Of a stretch of 64,000 bases of DNA, positions 24,401-36,800 are shown in pieces. The notes under the pieces are model-generated. The model was not told the DNA's origin. It worked only from the letters and a program-made list of their open reading frames with translations, and ran no database searches. The stretch's first letter is position 1. The number at the start of each line of letters is the position of its first letter. Source of the DNA: Eledone cirrhosa (taxonomy: Eukaryota); NCBI GenBank assembly GCA_964016885.1, contig OZ024740.1:385702001-385766000 (forward strand), read 5' to 3'. The position numbers and the translations under genes were made by a program.

Positions 24401-27400
24401 AGAGTTCTCATGTTGACATTTCTGAATGCCAGAATACTTTGAATAACTTATCAAATTATTAGTAGATTGTTGTGGGGTTTTTTTTTAATTCCATGTTATA
24501 GGCAGATTTTGAAGTTTGTATTAAGCATAGAGCTTTCAGTTCTTAATAGATTGGGATGCATTCTATTCTACTCGTGGGAATCATGAAAGCTGTATATTCA
24601 AAATTTAAAACAATTTCTTTATGGACCTGCCAGGTTCTTTGATGGAAGATAGTAGAAAATATTTTTGACAAGAGATAATAGTTTATATTTCTCTCTCTCT
24701 CTATATATATATATATATGTGTGTGTGTGCTAGCATAGAAAAGCGGACATATACTAATAATGATGATATATACTTACATTCATTGATAATACACACACAT
24801 ATGTGTGTATATATATATATATATCATTTCATCATCATCATTTCATTTTACGTCCACTTTTCCCTGCTTGCAAGGGTGGGACGGGAACTGATTCTGTATA
24901 ATACAACAAATATATGTTGTATAAAGGCCATTGTTATTTTAACATCTGGGTACCACATATGGTAATGTGAAAATTATTCAATGTTGTTATTATAATGGTC
25001 ACTTCGAAAAATTCTGCACAGATAGTCTCAGTGATATTGATCGTGTTTTCTTACTTGGAAAATTATCTGTTCATATACGCAGACAAAATACCCTGCAATT
25101 TAAACAGATGGAATTATTTTAAGGTTAACTACTAGAATATATGTATATATATATGTATATTTATATATATATATATATACACATGTGTGTGTGCACACAT
25201 GTACATATATATATTAAGATTATTTCAAGAATAAATATTATATATAATTAAGATTTGGACTGAAACCATTGATTCTTCTATCAATTATTTCCGACAGTTT
25301 TTCATTTCTTTGACTAGCAAGTAGTTTTGATTTATTTCTGCACTTTCATCTTTTCCATCTTATAACTATTTTCTTTTGTATGTTGATTTATTTATCTGTT
25401 GTGGCTTTTGTTTTTTGTTTTTGTTTTTTTTTGTTTTGTTTTTGTTTTTTTGTTTTTTGTTTTTTCATATTTTATTTGTTTTTTTGTTTTTTTTTACTGA
25501 TATAAGTTATATGAGTCAACAAATTTGGACAATTGCATACATTGTTTTGTAGTAAGTCTTTTAGATCTGATTGTTCTTTGCAAAGAGGGTGTGACATTTC
25601 TAAGTTACCTTACACTATATTTTCTTGATAATTGCCATTAGAATCTTAAAGTTGTACTTGTCTATCAAGTGACTTGATCTAAGACTGTGTGTTGAAACTA
25701 AAGCAATTACAGCATGGAAGAGTTAGCCATTCAGTGGGAACTGTGTCAACCACCAGGTTACAAATTGTGACAAACATTTGATACCAAGAAATAATCGATA
25801 TATATAAAGTAGAGTTAACAGTTTTAGTGTGGCTAAAATGACTCTTTCATGCTGAAATTGTCATTAGAATGGTGAAGTGAAGTGGTAAAGAACCGAATTA
25901 AAGAAAATGTTTGTAGTATTTAGTTTCCAGAGTTTAGATTAATGAAATAAATACCAGTAATATTCTTGTTATAAATATTTTTGATTTTGCTGTCAATTTT
26001 GCATGACATCAATTCTGTGTTTATTAAGTACCAGTCCTAGATAGTGGAGTAGTAAATTGTTAGAATGTTGAATGGAATACCTTGCAATATCTGTTATGGC
26101 TCTGTGTGTTCTGAGTTTAAATTCCACCTTCCTGCTACCAGAAAAATAGTGACATTTTAGGACTTAGGCTCCTATCCTTAAAACACCAAAGGAACCTCCT
26201 ATGATATGCAACTTCATAGGAAGGTCAAATAAAGTTACATAGGTGTGAATCATAACTACAAAAACATTAACTTATACAAGGGAAAAAACAAAGTGTGAAG
26301 ACAATACAGTATAATGTTTATGACAAAATTTTAACAAATTAATGAGGAAATATCTTTGTATTTGTTCAAGCTGCCAGAAATAACAGTAAAATCTTCATTA
26401 AATCACAACCAGCATCTTCTAAATGAGGGGTACCTTGGATAATGTAGTCATGGATATACTAAAAAGATAAAATGAAAATTACTAGAATGTCTTTGATGAT
26501 AGGGTTGCTCAGTCAGTGCTGACATGGAGTGAAACGGTGACAGGATTTGAATTAACAATATTTAATTTTATTAGTATAGTAATTTTCTTTTTTTTATATT
26601 GTTTCTTTTTATTTTTAACAATGCCCAGTGGCAAAATTTATTCATTTGTTTTAGAACTTTTATATCATTAATACCATAAACCTGATCATTACCCCTTTAA
26701 TTTTTTTATTTCTAATGAAATACACTGCCTATGTGTTTCAATTAATTTTGAAAATAATCCAAAATTTTGAGGAATTTAATTTAAAAAATCTGTTTCATTA
26801 GTAAGCTGATATTTAAAAAATTGCTCAACAAAAATTCCTAGAATAAAATAATTGTTTCTACTTTTGGCACAAGGACAGCAATTACCCAGTACATTACTGG
26901 TACTTTATTTTATCGACCCTGTAAGGATGAAAGGCAAAGTTAACCTCGGCGAGATTTGAACTCGGACCATAAGGGGCCGTAACTCTTTGTTGCAAAGCAT
27001 GGCGTCTGACCCTCTACCGATACTGCCATGCTGGTAGGTTTTAATATAAGTATAAACATTTTAAAATGAGCAGTTTTGTATCATAAATCCAGGGCAGTTT
27101 CAGATTGTTTGATATCAAAGGGGTTAAATTTTGTAAATGTGAAAATTTTCCAGCATCCTCAATCATTGGTTTAGCACAATTTAAAGATTTATCCAACTTC
27201 GATTATTTAAACCAGTAAATCTATAGTTCCAAGTAGCATTCCATTGTTATATTTTAATCCAACTATGACTTCCTTAATTTTTATATTTTATTTTTATATG
27301 AGTGTGTATGTTTATAATTACTGTTTATTTATGGTCCATAACTTAGTGGTTCAACAAAAAAAATCAATAAAATAAGTACGAAACTAAAAAAAAAACGTAA

Positions 27401-27436
27401 GTGGGGAGGGAGTGGAGGCAATATGATCAGCTAGAT

Positions 27437-27800
27437 CAGAGGTTCTCAAACTTTTTGTGCCATCCTCCACCCCCCTCATAGCTACGTAATACCCTCAGCA
27501 CACACACCCCAACCTTATTTCCAGAGAGACCTGCCTACACACAATTTGTAAATAATATATAATAAATAAAATCGTTAATTTATATATAATAAATAATATA
27601 ATATATACTATGTATAAATAAATATTGTATATTTTTTTATTTCACTATATTTATATATATGTATCATTTGATATTTAATATACTATTATATAATCTCTAC
27701 TGCCCTCCCACCTTCTTAGTCTCCAACGCCCCGCCCCCCTCGGACCTTCTCAGTGCCCCCCCCCACCCTGGGTTGGTAGCGCTAACTTTGATAACCTCTG
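27437..27800. mobile_element. hAT-type MITE
   Basis: TIRs CAGAGGTTCTCAAA / TTTGATAACCTCTG and perfect 8 bp TSD AGCTAGAT (27429-27436, 27801-27808). Confidence 0.92.
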
Positions 27801-29547
27801 AGCTAGATTAAGGCAGTGTCTGAAGCTAGCCACAATCTACTTAGTAATACCAGAAAAAACTGAGGTCAATACAATTGTCTAGATTAAACCAGTGCCATAA
27901 GTTGGCCACATGTCTACTCAGTAATGCCAGTAAAATAAAAACGGTAAATTATTAGCAGTAATTATTTTCAATTTTTAGATCATAATTTCAGTTTCCTCAT
28001 CATTTAATTTTAATTAAATTTCCTTCATCTAATTACACACTTCATTAATAAATTGGAAATAATGTATGTTCATTAGTAGTTCTCTCACTCTTTTTTCTCT
28101 CTTTCTCTATCTATCTATCTATCTAGCCATCGCCAAACAACTAGTCCATAAAATTCTTAATTTTAGTCAAATTTAATATACAGATTATCTAATAAAATCC
28201 ATGTTGCAGTTGATTCTACCAAACTTCTTTTGAAGTAGCAACATTTATATAGTTTATGCTAAATAGCTAACTTATGATGGTTTATTAATATATTAAAATT
28301 CTCTTTCCTCAATTAGAATGAGTTAAATAGTTCTAACAATAGAATTATCTGCATGAATTATTGTTGTTTCCAACAGTTGCTTTGAAATTATTGGCAGCTT
28401 TGAGATACTGTAGGATTTTATTGTATTTCAAAAGATTGTTATACTTGGACTTAATGCTGCAGTTTAGTTCAATATTTGCATATTCTTATGTTGGCATATT
28501 TGAATTGATTAAGATGTAAGAAATGAGTTTATTATTCTTCTGATACTATTCTGGTTTAATTCTGATGCTATGTAATACCATTCTACTGTTGCTGTTGTTG
28601 AGTAGTTCCCAATTGATACAAAACCACAAATAAGCCATATATTTCAGTGTGTTGTAGTTATGTTGGATACATACATCCAGTGGATTCTGAACTTAGTTTA
28701 CTCTCCAGAATGCTATTTTACCTTTAGAGACTATGATTAGGGCTTTAAAGAAACAAGGCAGTTGTTACAATACAAAGTCAGCCCTGGACTGATCAAATCT
28801 ATAATCAAAGATATTCCAACCATAACCATCTTGTTCTTCTTTCAGGCATTGTGCCTAGGACTAAATTACCCAATGAGTCTCTCAGGTGTAAATTGAGATA
28901 ATTTGGTTGCTATTTCTAGCAGGTCAGTAACCACATAAGACTTTCTTATTGGCTCATTTACCCAGAAGGTGAAGGTTATCACTGATTGTTCTGGTTATTC
29001 TGCAATCAAACATAGATCTTAGCCTACTGATGAAATTCATATTACAGTTGGTGTTTATTTGTATTTTTCATTTTTCTGAGACACATGAGCAAATTATTGG
29101 TTTTAAAATTTCGCTGTCTTGATTTTGAGGAGAAGGTGATCATATAATTATGTCGTCTATGAAATTTGAAAAATATTTGTTAAAATGAATAACTTTGATT
29201 CTAATGAGCCCCTGATCTATAGACAATATTTTTATATTAACAACTCATAGTGACACAAAGTGGATTCTTTTGTATTATCAGTGACAAAATATAATTGATA
29301 TAGTAGACCAGCTGTTACTTGTACATTAGAAAAATGTTCCTGTGTCTCTCTGTCTGTCTCAAAATTAAAAAGAACAAGCACAGAGGATAATTGCAGTCAC
29401 AGTTTCACACAAAATAATAGAATGATATATATATATATATAAATATATGAATCTTGAGTTGATCAATTGCGTCGGTTGAAGCAAGCAGAATTTTGACTGC
29501 TTACTAAATCGTAGGCACATAAAAAGATAACACACACACACACACAC

Positions 29548-29824
29548 ATAATAATAATAATAATGAAAATATTGTGTACAGTGCTCAGGTGCACTACAAC
29601 TAATCAAAATGTATGTATAGTACATAGGGTAATGAACAAACGTCAGGAAAATGAACAGTGCATGAGTCATGATATATACATGTGTGCATGTGTATGGAAG
29701 GGGGGCATCAGTTGTAGCTTTGGCGAATTTCGGGAAACATGAGGGTTTTAAAGGATGCAGTGTCTCGGCAGCTAACAACTGACGCAGGCAGTTTGTTCCA
29801 TGCTTCACAAACACACGACAGCAT
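29548..29824 (-). mobile_element. CR1/L2-group LINE 3' end with (TTA)n tail
   Basis: EAWNKLPASVVS..TASFK motif; (TTA)n tail at 29549-29563; flanked by about 72 bp direct repeats. Confidence 0.78.
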
Positions 29825-30689
29825 CGGTTGAAGCAAGCAGAAATCTGGCTGCTTACTAAATCGTAGACACATAAAAAGATAACACACACACACACTAGAT
29901 AACACTACATGCGGCTTTGACCGGTATGTATGTGTGTACACGCACATATGCATACATGGATATGTATGTATGTCTGTGTATATGTATTTGTATGAACATA
30001 TCTGTGTAAGTGTATGCATATGTATGTGTAGATCTTCCATTTTTTCATTTGTATATATGTGCAGCGTCTTAACTATATATGCTTTCCTGAGTACAGTGTG
30101 TGTGTGTGTGTAGATATGTGTATGTTTATCAAAAATACCTTTGAAATAACTTTTTTGAAAGGCTGTTTCAAGCATTCTTTTAAAAACGTTCTTTTTATAG
30201 GTTTTTTTAATGTGTGTTTTTTAAGGTATTTTGAGGGTGTGTTTTTTTTGGAACATTCTTTTAAATGTTTTTCTGTTTTTTTTCTAAATTCTTTCTAAGT
30301 ATTCACTGCATATTCAATATTTACTGTGATTGTCGCATATAATACAGTTGCGGGTGTGTATGTGATCGCTGTGGGTGTATAAGTGCCCATATGTACCACC
30401 CCTGTGCGAAACATGGACATGGGTGCGGGCGACTACAGGTTGAGAAGGCTGCGACAGGGTGCGAGCAGTTCAATCATACAACTCCTTACCTCCTACATTA
30501 GTAATTCCGATTTAAGAAACAACTTTGATTGACAGGTGGCAAAAGAAAGGAACCAAATATACGACGGCCATGAGTGGCCAAAAATACTGATGACATGTAC
30601 AATTCATTACCACTAATCGAATGACAACAGGATCTAAGCTGCCGAGTGAAGGCCGCGGGTGTAGCTGGACATTTGGAAACTCTGCTTCG

Positions 30690-30918
30690 TAGTATCAAGA
30701 CGTATCTAAGGACTTTGCGATTTCAGAGTCAGGTTCGATCATTACATCGATCGTGCCTCGAGCTGGTCACCAGAGAAACGATTGTAATATGTCTAAAATA
30801 AAATTTATTCGTCGCCACACTGAATCTCCATTTCTTATGTGATACCATACTCTGCTCTGTAAGAGCATTGAGTGCTCAAACGGCCTACCGCATACGGATG
30901 CTTTAAGCATCCCACACC
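30690..30918 (+). mobile_element. Solo terminal fragment homologous to 35903-36135 in the opposite orientation (PLE pseudo-LTR-like)
   Basis: Shared blocks CAGAGTCAGGTT.GATCATT..GATCGT.CCTCGAG, CACTGA.TCT, ATACTCTGCT, AGCATTGAGTGCTCA, GGATGC; ends at a TA tract. Confidence 0.78.
30698..30794 (+). ncRNA. Hammerhead paralog with mutated core (CUAAGGA)
   Basis: AGACGUAU-CUAAGGA-[62 nt]-GAAA-C-GAUU-G-UA|AUAUGUCU; 8 bp helix I with one G-U; invariant G5 changed to A. Confidence 0.68.
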
Positions 30919-31232
30919 AATTATATATAAATATATGTATATATATATATATATTAGGTTATGCAAGAAATGCTTAGGGTTATCCTGAATGCAGTAATGG
31001 TTAATTACTACACTAGATAGAGTTGATGTACGGTGAGGGGTTACTCAACGAGTAAGCATTTGAAAATTGAGTTTCTGCAATCAAATATTTATTAATTGTC
31101 AATTGCACATAGCATGACTAGGCTATATAACTACTATTGAAACATTTGTAAGCACTCGGAATAAATTACCTTTTTATGATGTCTACCTGTTATTATTCAT
31201 TCTTTATATATATATATATATTATATATATAC

Positions 31233-31264
<32 letters not shown>

Positions 31265-31325
31265 TACTATATATATATATATATATATTTTATGATGTCT
31301 ACCTGTTATTATTCATTCTTTATAT

Positions 31326-31700
31326 ATCATCATCATCATCATCATCATCAACGTTTAACGTCCGTGTTCCACGCTTGCATGGGTTTGGACGGGGGTAGTC
31401 CCACTTGAGGCAAGAGTGATTGTCTTGCTCGCATAGGACTGTCTGGCAGGTTTTCTACAGTTGGATGCCCTTCCTAACACCAACCACATTTACAGTGTGG
31501 GTCTGGGAGGTTTTTACCGTGTTGCCTACACGGCCACATTACAGCGTGGACTGTCTGGCGGGTTTTCTACAGCTGGATGCCCTTCCTAACACCAACCACA
31601 TTTACAGTGTGGGGCTGGGAGGTTTTTACCGTGTTGCCTACACGGCCACATTACAGCGTGGACTGTGTGTTTTTTGTCGTGACACCTACACGATCTCATT
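31326..31700 (-). mobile_element. SINE 3' portion with a 112 bp internal tandem duplication
   Basis: (CAT)n tail, CTACAGCTGGATGCCCTTCCTAACACCAACC block; GGACTGT unit starts at 31436, 31548, 31660. Confidence 0.8.
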
Positions 31701-31787
31701 TGTTTCGGCCTCGATGGCGCGGCACCAACATAACTTTACATAGAACGGGGTGGTGTGGATGGGGTGGGGGTGGTGGTGGTGGGACGA

Positions 31788-32103
<316 letters not shown>

Positions 32104-32261
32104 AGGAGGAGGTTATAGTTCACTTGAAGCATTGTGTAATGAGGTATAAACGTTTGAATATGTATAATAAAGCCAAAACAATGCAGGTATGGACATAGAA
32201 AAAAGAATGCAATTGCAAAAGATATTGTTGACAAATCGTCTTTTACCTTAGATTTATTTAA

Positions 32262-32302
32262 ATGTCCTTAATTTTCGAGATATCTCTTCTTCAGATGGAA
32301 AT
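32262..32302 (-). ncRNA. Hammerhead-like motif in the 3' region of the main PLE (atypical or degenerate)
   Basis: Minus strand UUCCAU-CUGAAGA-A-GAGAUAUCUC-GAAA-AUUA-AGGA; core boxes and helix II good, helix III has no loop and helix I is weak; position matches PLE pseudo-LTR hammerheads. Confidence 0.5.
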
Positions 32303-32678
32303 AGAGGTCTCAAATCAGCCTTCTAAATATCTTGCCAAGCCATGCTGACAGGAAATAGTATAGAGTATCTGTTCTATCTCTAATGTCAAAGAGTTAAAAT
32401 TAGATGGATAAAGAGTAGTCTCCCTTTAAAAGGGGTTTGTTTAGGGGGGGGGGGTTGGGGGGGGGTTATATACATGCCTGTTTAAGTGTGTGGGAGAATG
32501 CATGAAGGTGTAAGTATGTGAGTGTGTGTGTGTGAGTGTGAGAAGATAAGTCTATTCGTAAATGTGGGGGATAGGTGTTCTCTGGTGTTAGAACTGGTTT
32601 TGTGTGTGTATGTGTGAGAGAGAATAAGTGGAGGTGTAAGCGTGTGTGGGGGGTGTAAATATGGGGCTAGAAGCCCTA

Positions 32679-35255
32679 TCAGGTTATAAATTGGGTGTTG
32701 AGTTCTAGTCTATTATTGATTGGTGGTTGTGTTTTATCTATAATTAGTGCTTCCTTAATTCTAAGATTGCCGAGGTTTCTTTCCTTAGTTTCTATCCTAA
32801 CTGTTATGGTTTTGTCGGTGTTTTTGCATTTAACTAGGTGTTTCTTAAATGAGGAAGCGTTAGTATTGAGGTGTTCTTTTATTCTTATGTGGAGTGGTCT
32901 GGTGGTGCTACCTACGTAGAAGTTGTTGCATTTGTCACACTCTAGTCTGTATACGACGTAAGCCTGGTGGCATAGGTCTGTGTCGTTGATGGGGCAGTTG
33001 GCTAGTCTGCAGCAGTTGTCATGTCTGGTGGAGTGTCTTTTGGTTAGCTGTCCGCGTAGAGAAGGACCTGAGTGGGCCAGTTGGATATCCAGTCCCTCTC
33101 ATCTGATGGCTCTGCGGATGGCTGTTGTTGTTTCTTCACTGAAGTGTGGGAGCTTCAGGAAGCAAGTGTTAGTGCCTCGGGTGTGGTGTCCTCTGTTCTT
33201 TCTGGCACGGTTTGTGGTGGATGTCGTGTATCCGTTCAGTTTGAGTACTTCCAGGAAATGTGCGGTGTGTGTGTCTCGGTCTCCAGCGTCGGTGCATTTG
33301 TTCCGGATACGTGCCAGTTCGTTCCTTATGTATCCGAACTTGGCACCGAGTAGGAGGGCTGATCTGAAATGTACGAACAGGTCCCTGCTGGCAGCTTTTT
33401 TATAGAAGCAGGTGTGGATGTTGCCTTCCTCTGTTACCCTGAGTTGGAAGTCCAGTAGGGATAGGGATCCGCGGTCATCGGGGTGTTCCATGCTGAACTT
33501 TATACTGGCGTCCATGCTGGAGAATGTTGTGTATATTTTATCTACCTCCTCACGGGATGATGTAAGGATGAGTATGTCATCTACATATCGGGTGAAGACG
33601 GCATGGGAATGGCAGGTGTTGAGGGCTCGGCATTCTAGCTGGTTCATGTAGGTGATGGCCAGCAGGCCCGATAGGCTGGATCCCATGGGTATTCCTGTTG
33701 TCTGTCTGTATGTGTGGTGGTGGAAGGTGAAGTACGTGTTGTCTACTGTGAAGGACAAAAGCTGGTGTATGTCCGTCGGGTGGAGGCCGTAGCAGTGGAT
33801 GTTCTCTGCGACCACGCAGTCCGTCAATAAATCGACAGCTGGATGAGCGGGGACTGTAGAGGGAGACAACGTCTAGGCTAAAAGCATATTTATTTAGTTT
33901 AAGTTGTTCTGGCTGGAGTTGGTGTAGTCTACGTATAACTTCGTCGGAGCTACTGACATGCCCGGGAAAGGTGGAGAGTAGAGGCTTGAGGACCTGGGAG
34001 AGGAGCCAGGAAATTTTGTATAGGGGTCCTTCTATGCTAGAGACGATGGGTCTTATTTGCGTCTTAGTGCTATTCTTGTGGGTCTTGATGAGGTGGTAGA
34101 AAGTGGGCAGTCTGCTATTTCTAGTGGTGTAGTTGAGCTTAATTTTATTTGGGAGTTGTCTTCTCCTACAGATATCGGACCAAATGGAGTTGGTCTGTTT
34201 TTCGATCTGGGCTGCAGTCATGTCCGGGATCTCTGTGTATAATTCATTGTCGCTTAGGTGTTCAAAGGCTAGGTTATTGTATGTGGCTTGAGAGATGACG
34301 CAAAACTCTTTACCTTTGTCGGATGGTAGGTATATAAGTTCCCTATTCCGTAGGTTCTTCAGGGCGAGTTGTTGTGTCCTGGAGAGGTTTGGGGCTATCT
34401 TCTTCTGTTTCCGTAAGATGTTAAATACGGAATGTTTTAGCCTCGAGAGTTTTTCTTCAAGCTCGCGGTTGGCAGGCGGTGGACAGAGTGGGCGATCCAG
34501 TTGGTATATCGGGAATCTGGGTTTGATGGATTCCATGGTGTTGTTGTCGAGAGTCGATATCCATTTTAGTAGGTAGGCAGCCCGACAGAAATTCGTTTCT
34601 ATGTCGAGCCATAATTTGTCGTCCAGTCTCTGTTTCAATATGAACTTGGGACCCAGGCTGAGGAGGTCTAATTCCTCTCGGGAGAGGGATCCTGTCAAGT
34701 CTGTGATGAGGTGTTTTGCGTCAGGTGTGTTGTTGGTTGGGGCGCCGCTAGGTTCGGTGTTGGTACCGTCTTGTTCGCCTCTGTTGGTGTTTAGAGTTGG
34801 GATGTTGTTAAGACGGTTGGCCATGCTGAGTTTGAGAAATGTTTGCGTTAGACGTATTTTCTCGTAGTCTCAGCGATGGTGGTATGACCTGTCTATAGCG
34901 GCGGTGAGGACTCTGGACAGAGGTTCTGGGGTTTCAGCGAGTTGTGGTACAAGGCTGGAAATAGTCCGTATGTGATGTTGTAGTGTGCGGTGTAGGTGTT
35001 GTATGAGTTTTCTTAGGCAGAATTTTTGTATGTAACTAAGTGATCGTTTGAGGCCTGGTGATTTGAAGCATGTGGTAGGTGCACATTTTTGATAGTTTTG
35101 GGGATGATGTTGTTATTCAGGCATCGTTTTAGGAAGTTTATTTGGCAGCCGGCTTTGGCGCGCTTTTCAGATAGCTGGAAGAGTTTCTTTACAGTTGTGA
35201 ACTGGGCCTGGCTCAGGCGTAAGGATAGGAGGAGGTTATAGTTCACTTGAAGCAT
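32679..35255 (-). pseudogene. Disrupted PLE ORF: N-terminal domain, reverse transcriptase, Cys-rich linker, GIY-YIG endonuclease
   Basis: FLKRC..IIPK; LLSLGPKF; PSDKG; FYHLIKTHK..IRPIVS; FSLDVVSLY; YRQTTGIPMGSSLS; RYVDDI; LSLLD; LNGY; then read manually past TGA 33099-33101: CRLANCPINDTDLC..VVYRLECDKCNNFYVGSTTRPLHIRIKEH..IKEALII..PPINN, stop 32679-32681. Frameshifts near 35040 and 33855; premature TGA at 34870-34872 and 33099-33101. Confidence 0.92.
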
Positions 35256-35267
35256 TGTGTAATGAGG

Positions 35268-35385
35268 TATATATATATGTATATATATATGTATATTTAT
35301 CTATATATATATATGTATATATATCTATATATATATGTATATATATATATGTATCTATATATATGTATATATATATATATGTATG

Positions 35386-35434
<49 letters not shown>

Positions 35435-35711
35435 ATATGTATGTATGTATATATGTATGTATATATATATGTATGTATATATATATGTATATATATATAT
35501 GTATGTATATATATATGTATATATGTATATATATATATGTATATATATATATGTATATATATATGTATATATATATATGTATATGTATATATATATATGT
35601 ATATATATATGTATATATGTATATATGTATATATATATATGTATATATATATATGTATATATATATATGTATATATATATATGTATATATATATATGTAT
35701 ATATATATATG

Positions 35712-35766
<55 letters not shown>

Positions 35767-35900
35767 ATATATATGTATATATATATGTATGTATATATAT
35801 ATATGTATATATATATGTATGTATATATATGTATATATATGTATGTATATATATATGTATATATATATATGTATATATATATGTATATATATATATATAT
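35268..35900. repeat. (TA)n/TATG compound microsatellite, about 630 bp, between two PLEs
   Basis: Seen directly. Confidence 0.95.
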
Positions 35901-35902
35901 TA

Positions 35903-36800
35903 AGGTGCAAATTAATTGCATCCATAGGCAGTATGCTGAATGAGCACTCAATGCTTTTGAGAAGCAGAGTATCAATAATATGATTATATAAGGGAAGAAA
36001 GAATCAGTGTTGCATCATATACATATTCAATTACATATTACATATGTTTCACTGTCGATCAACTCGAGGAACGATCTATTAATGATCAAACCTGACTCTG
36101 GAATTGGAAGCTCCTCAGATATGTTTTAATCAGTCTGACGAGCTTCCGATACCAGAGTTAACTATTTGCTGGATGCTGTCCATGGTGCTAGCTTCTAGTT
36201 CCAGTATATGGGTACTCTCTTGTGGGTGTGATTTACTGCTATATTGATATCATCAACATAGTGTAAGTACATGGCTATGGCTATGAAGTCCTCAACTAAA
36301 TGTTCCTTGAGTCTCCTGTCTCACCACACTATAAATAGATTGGCCACATCACCAGCAATGCTGATGCCAATGACCTCTTTTGGGGTGTATGTATTATTAT
36401 TGAAATTAACTATATGGCCTTTTAGGTTAGTTTTAATACTCAGTCCCACCGCATGTGCAATTATTATTCTCACCTGGTCATGACACTGGTCCACCCACTC
36501 CAGCTTTCTAGTGAGGTCTTTTTGACCATAAAGGTGATGGCCCTGTTCCTCGGTGTCAACTCCACGGAACTCCATATTGCTCTTACTGATCATCTCCACG
36601 CATTTCTCCAAAGCAAAATCAACGTCAATGGATGGGTATAGGGATACTACATCCATGCCGCCTATTATGCAGTTTGTCAGGTCATGAGTATGGTTGCATT
36701 TGTTGATTCTGCTACCACACACTTGTATGATTATAGAGAGCTATTGTTTAATCATTTGTCCAACATGTGATATGTCCCGGATGGGTTTTGATGTTACTCC
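35903..36800 (-). mobile_element. Second-family PLE remnant: truncated RT followed by hammerhead-bearing terminal region
   Basis: Minus frames give GGMDVVSLYPSID, IGISIAGDVANLF and YVDDI (about 36244-36258); downstream hammerhead motif; ends at TA tract. Confidence 0.8.
36033..36124 (-). ncRNA. Type I hammerhead ribozyme with extended helix II, intact core
   Basis: Minus strand: ACAUAU-CUGAGGA-[61 nt]-GAAA-C-AUAU-G-UA|AUAUGU; perfect 6 bp helix I, helix III closed by C-G with palindromic AUAU loop, GUA cleavage triplet. Confidence 0.8.

Noticed and set aside
32695-34867. Plus-strand ORFs overlapping the PLE
   Set aside because: Antisense shadows of the GC-richer PLE coding sequence with no recognisable motifs.
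33099-34872. In-frame TGA codons in the PLE ORF as possible selenocysteine recoding
   Set aside because: Both fit CGA-to-TGA decay at non-Cys-motif positions, the ORF also has two frameshifts, and the endonuclease is C-terminal unlike the PLE clade known for selenocysteine use.
35236-35983. Long YI/IY/CVCV-rich ORFs (also 6020-6295, 17785-18075, 31577-32234, 59634-60892)
   Set aside because: Translations of TA/CA microsatellites, which lack stop codons; only the real exon 60195-60325 inside one of them is kept.
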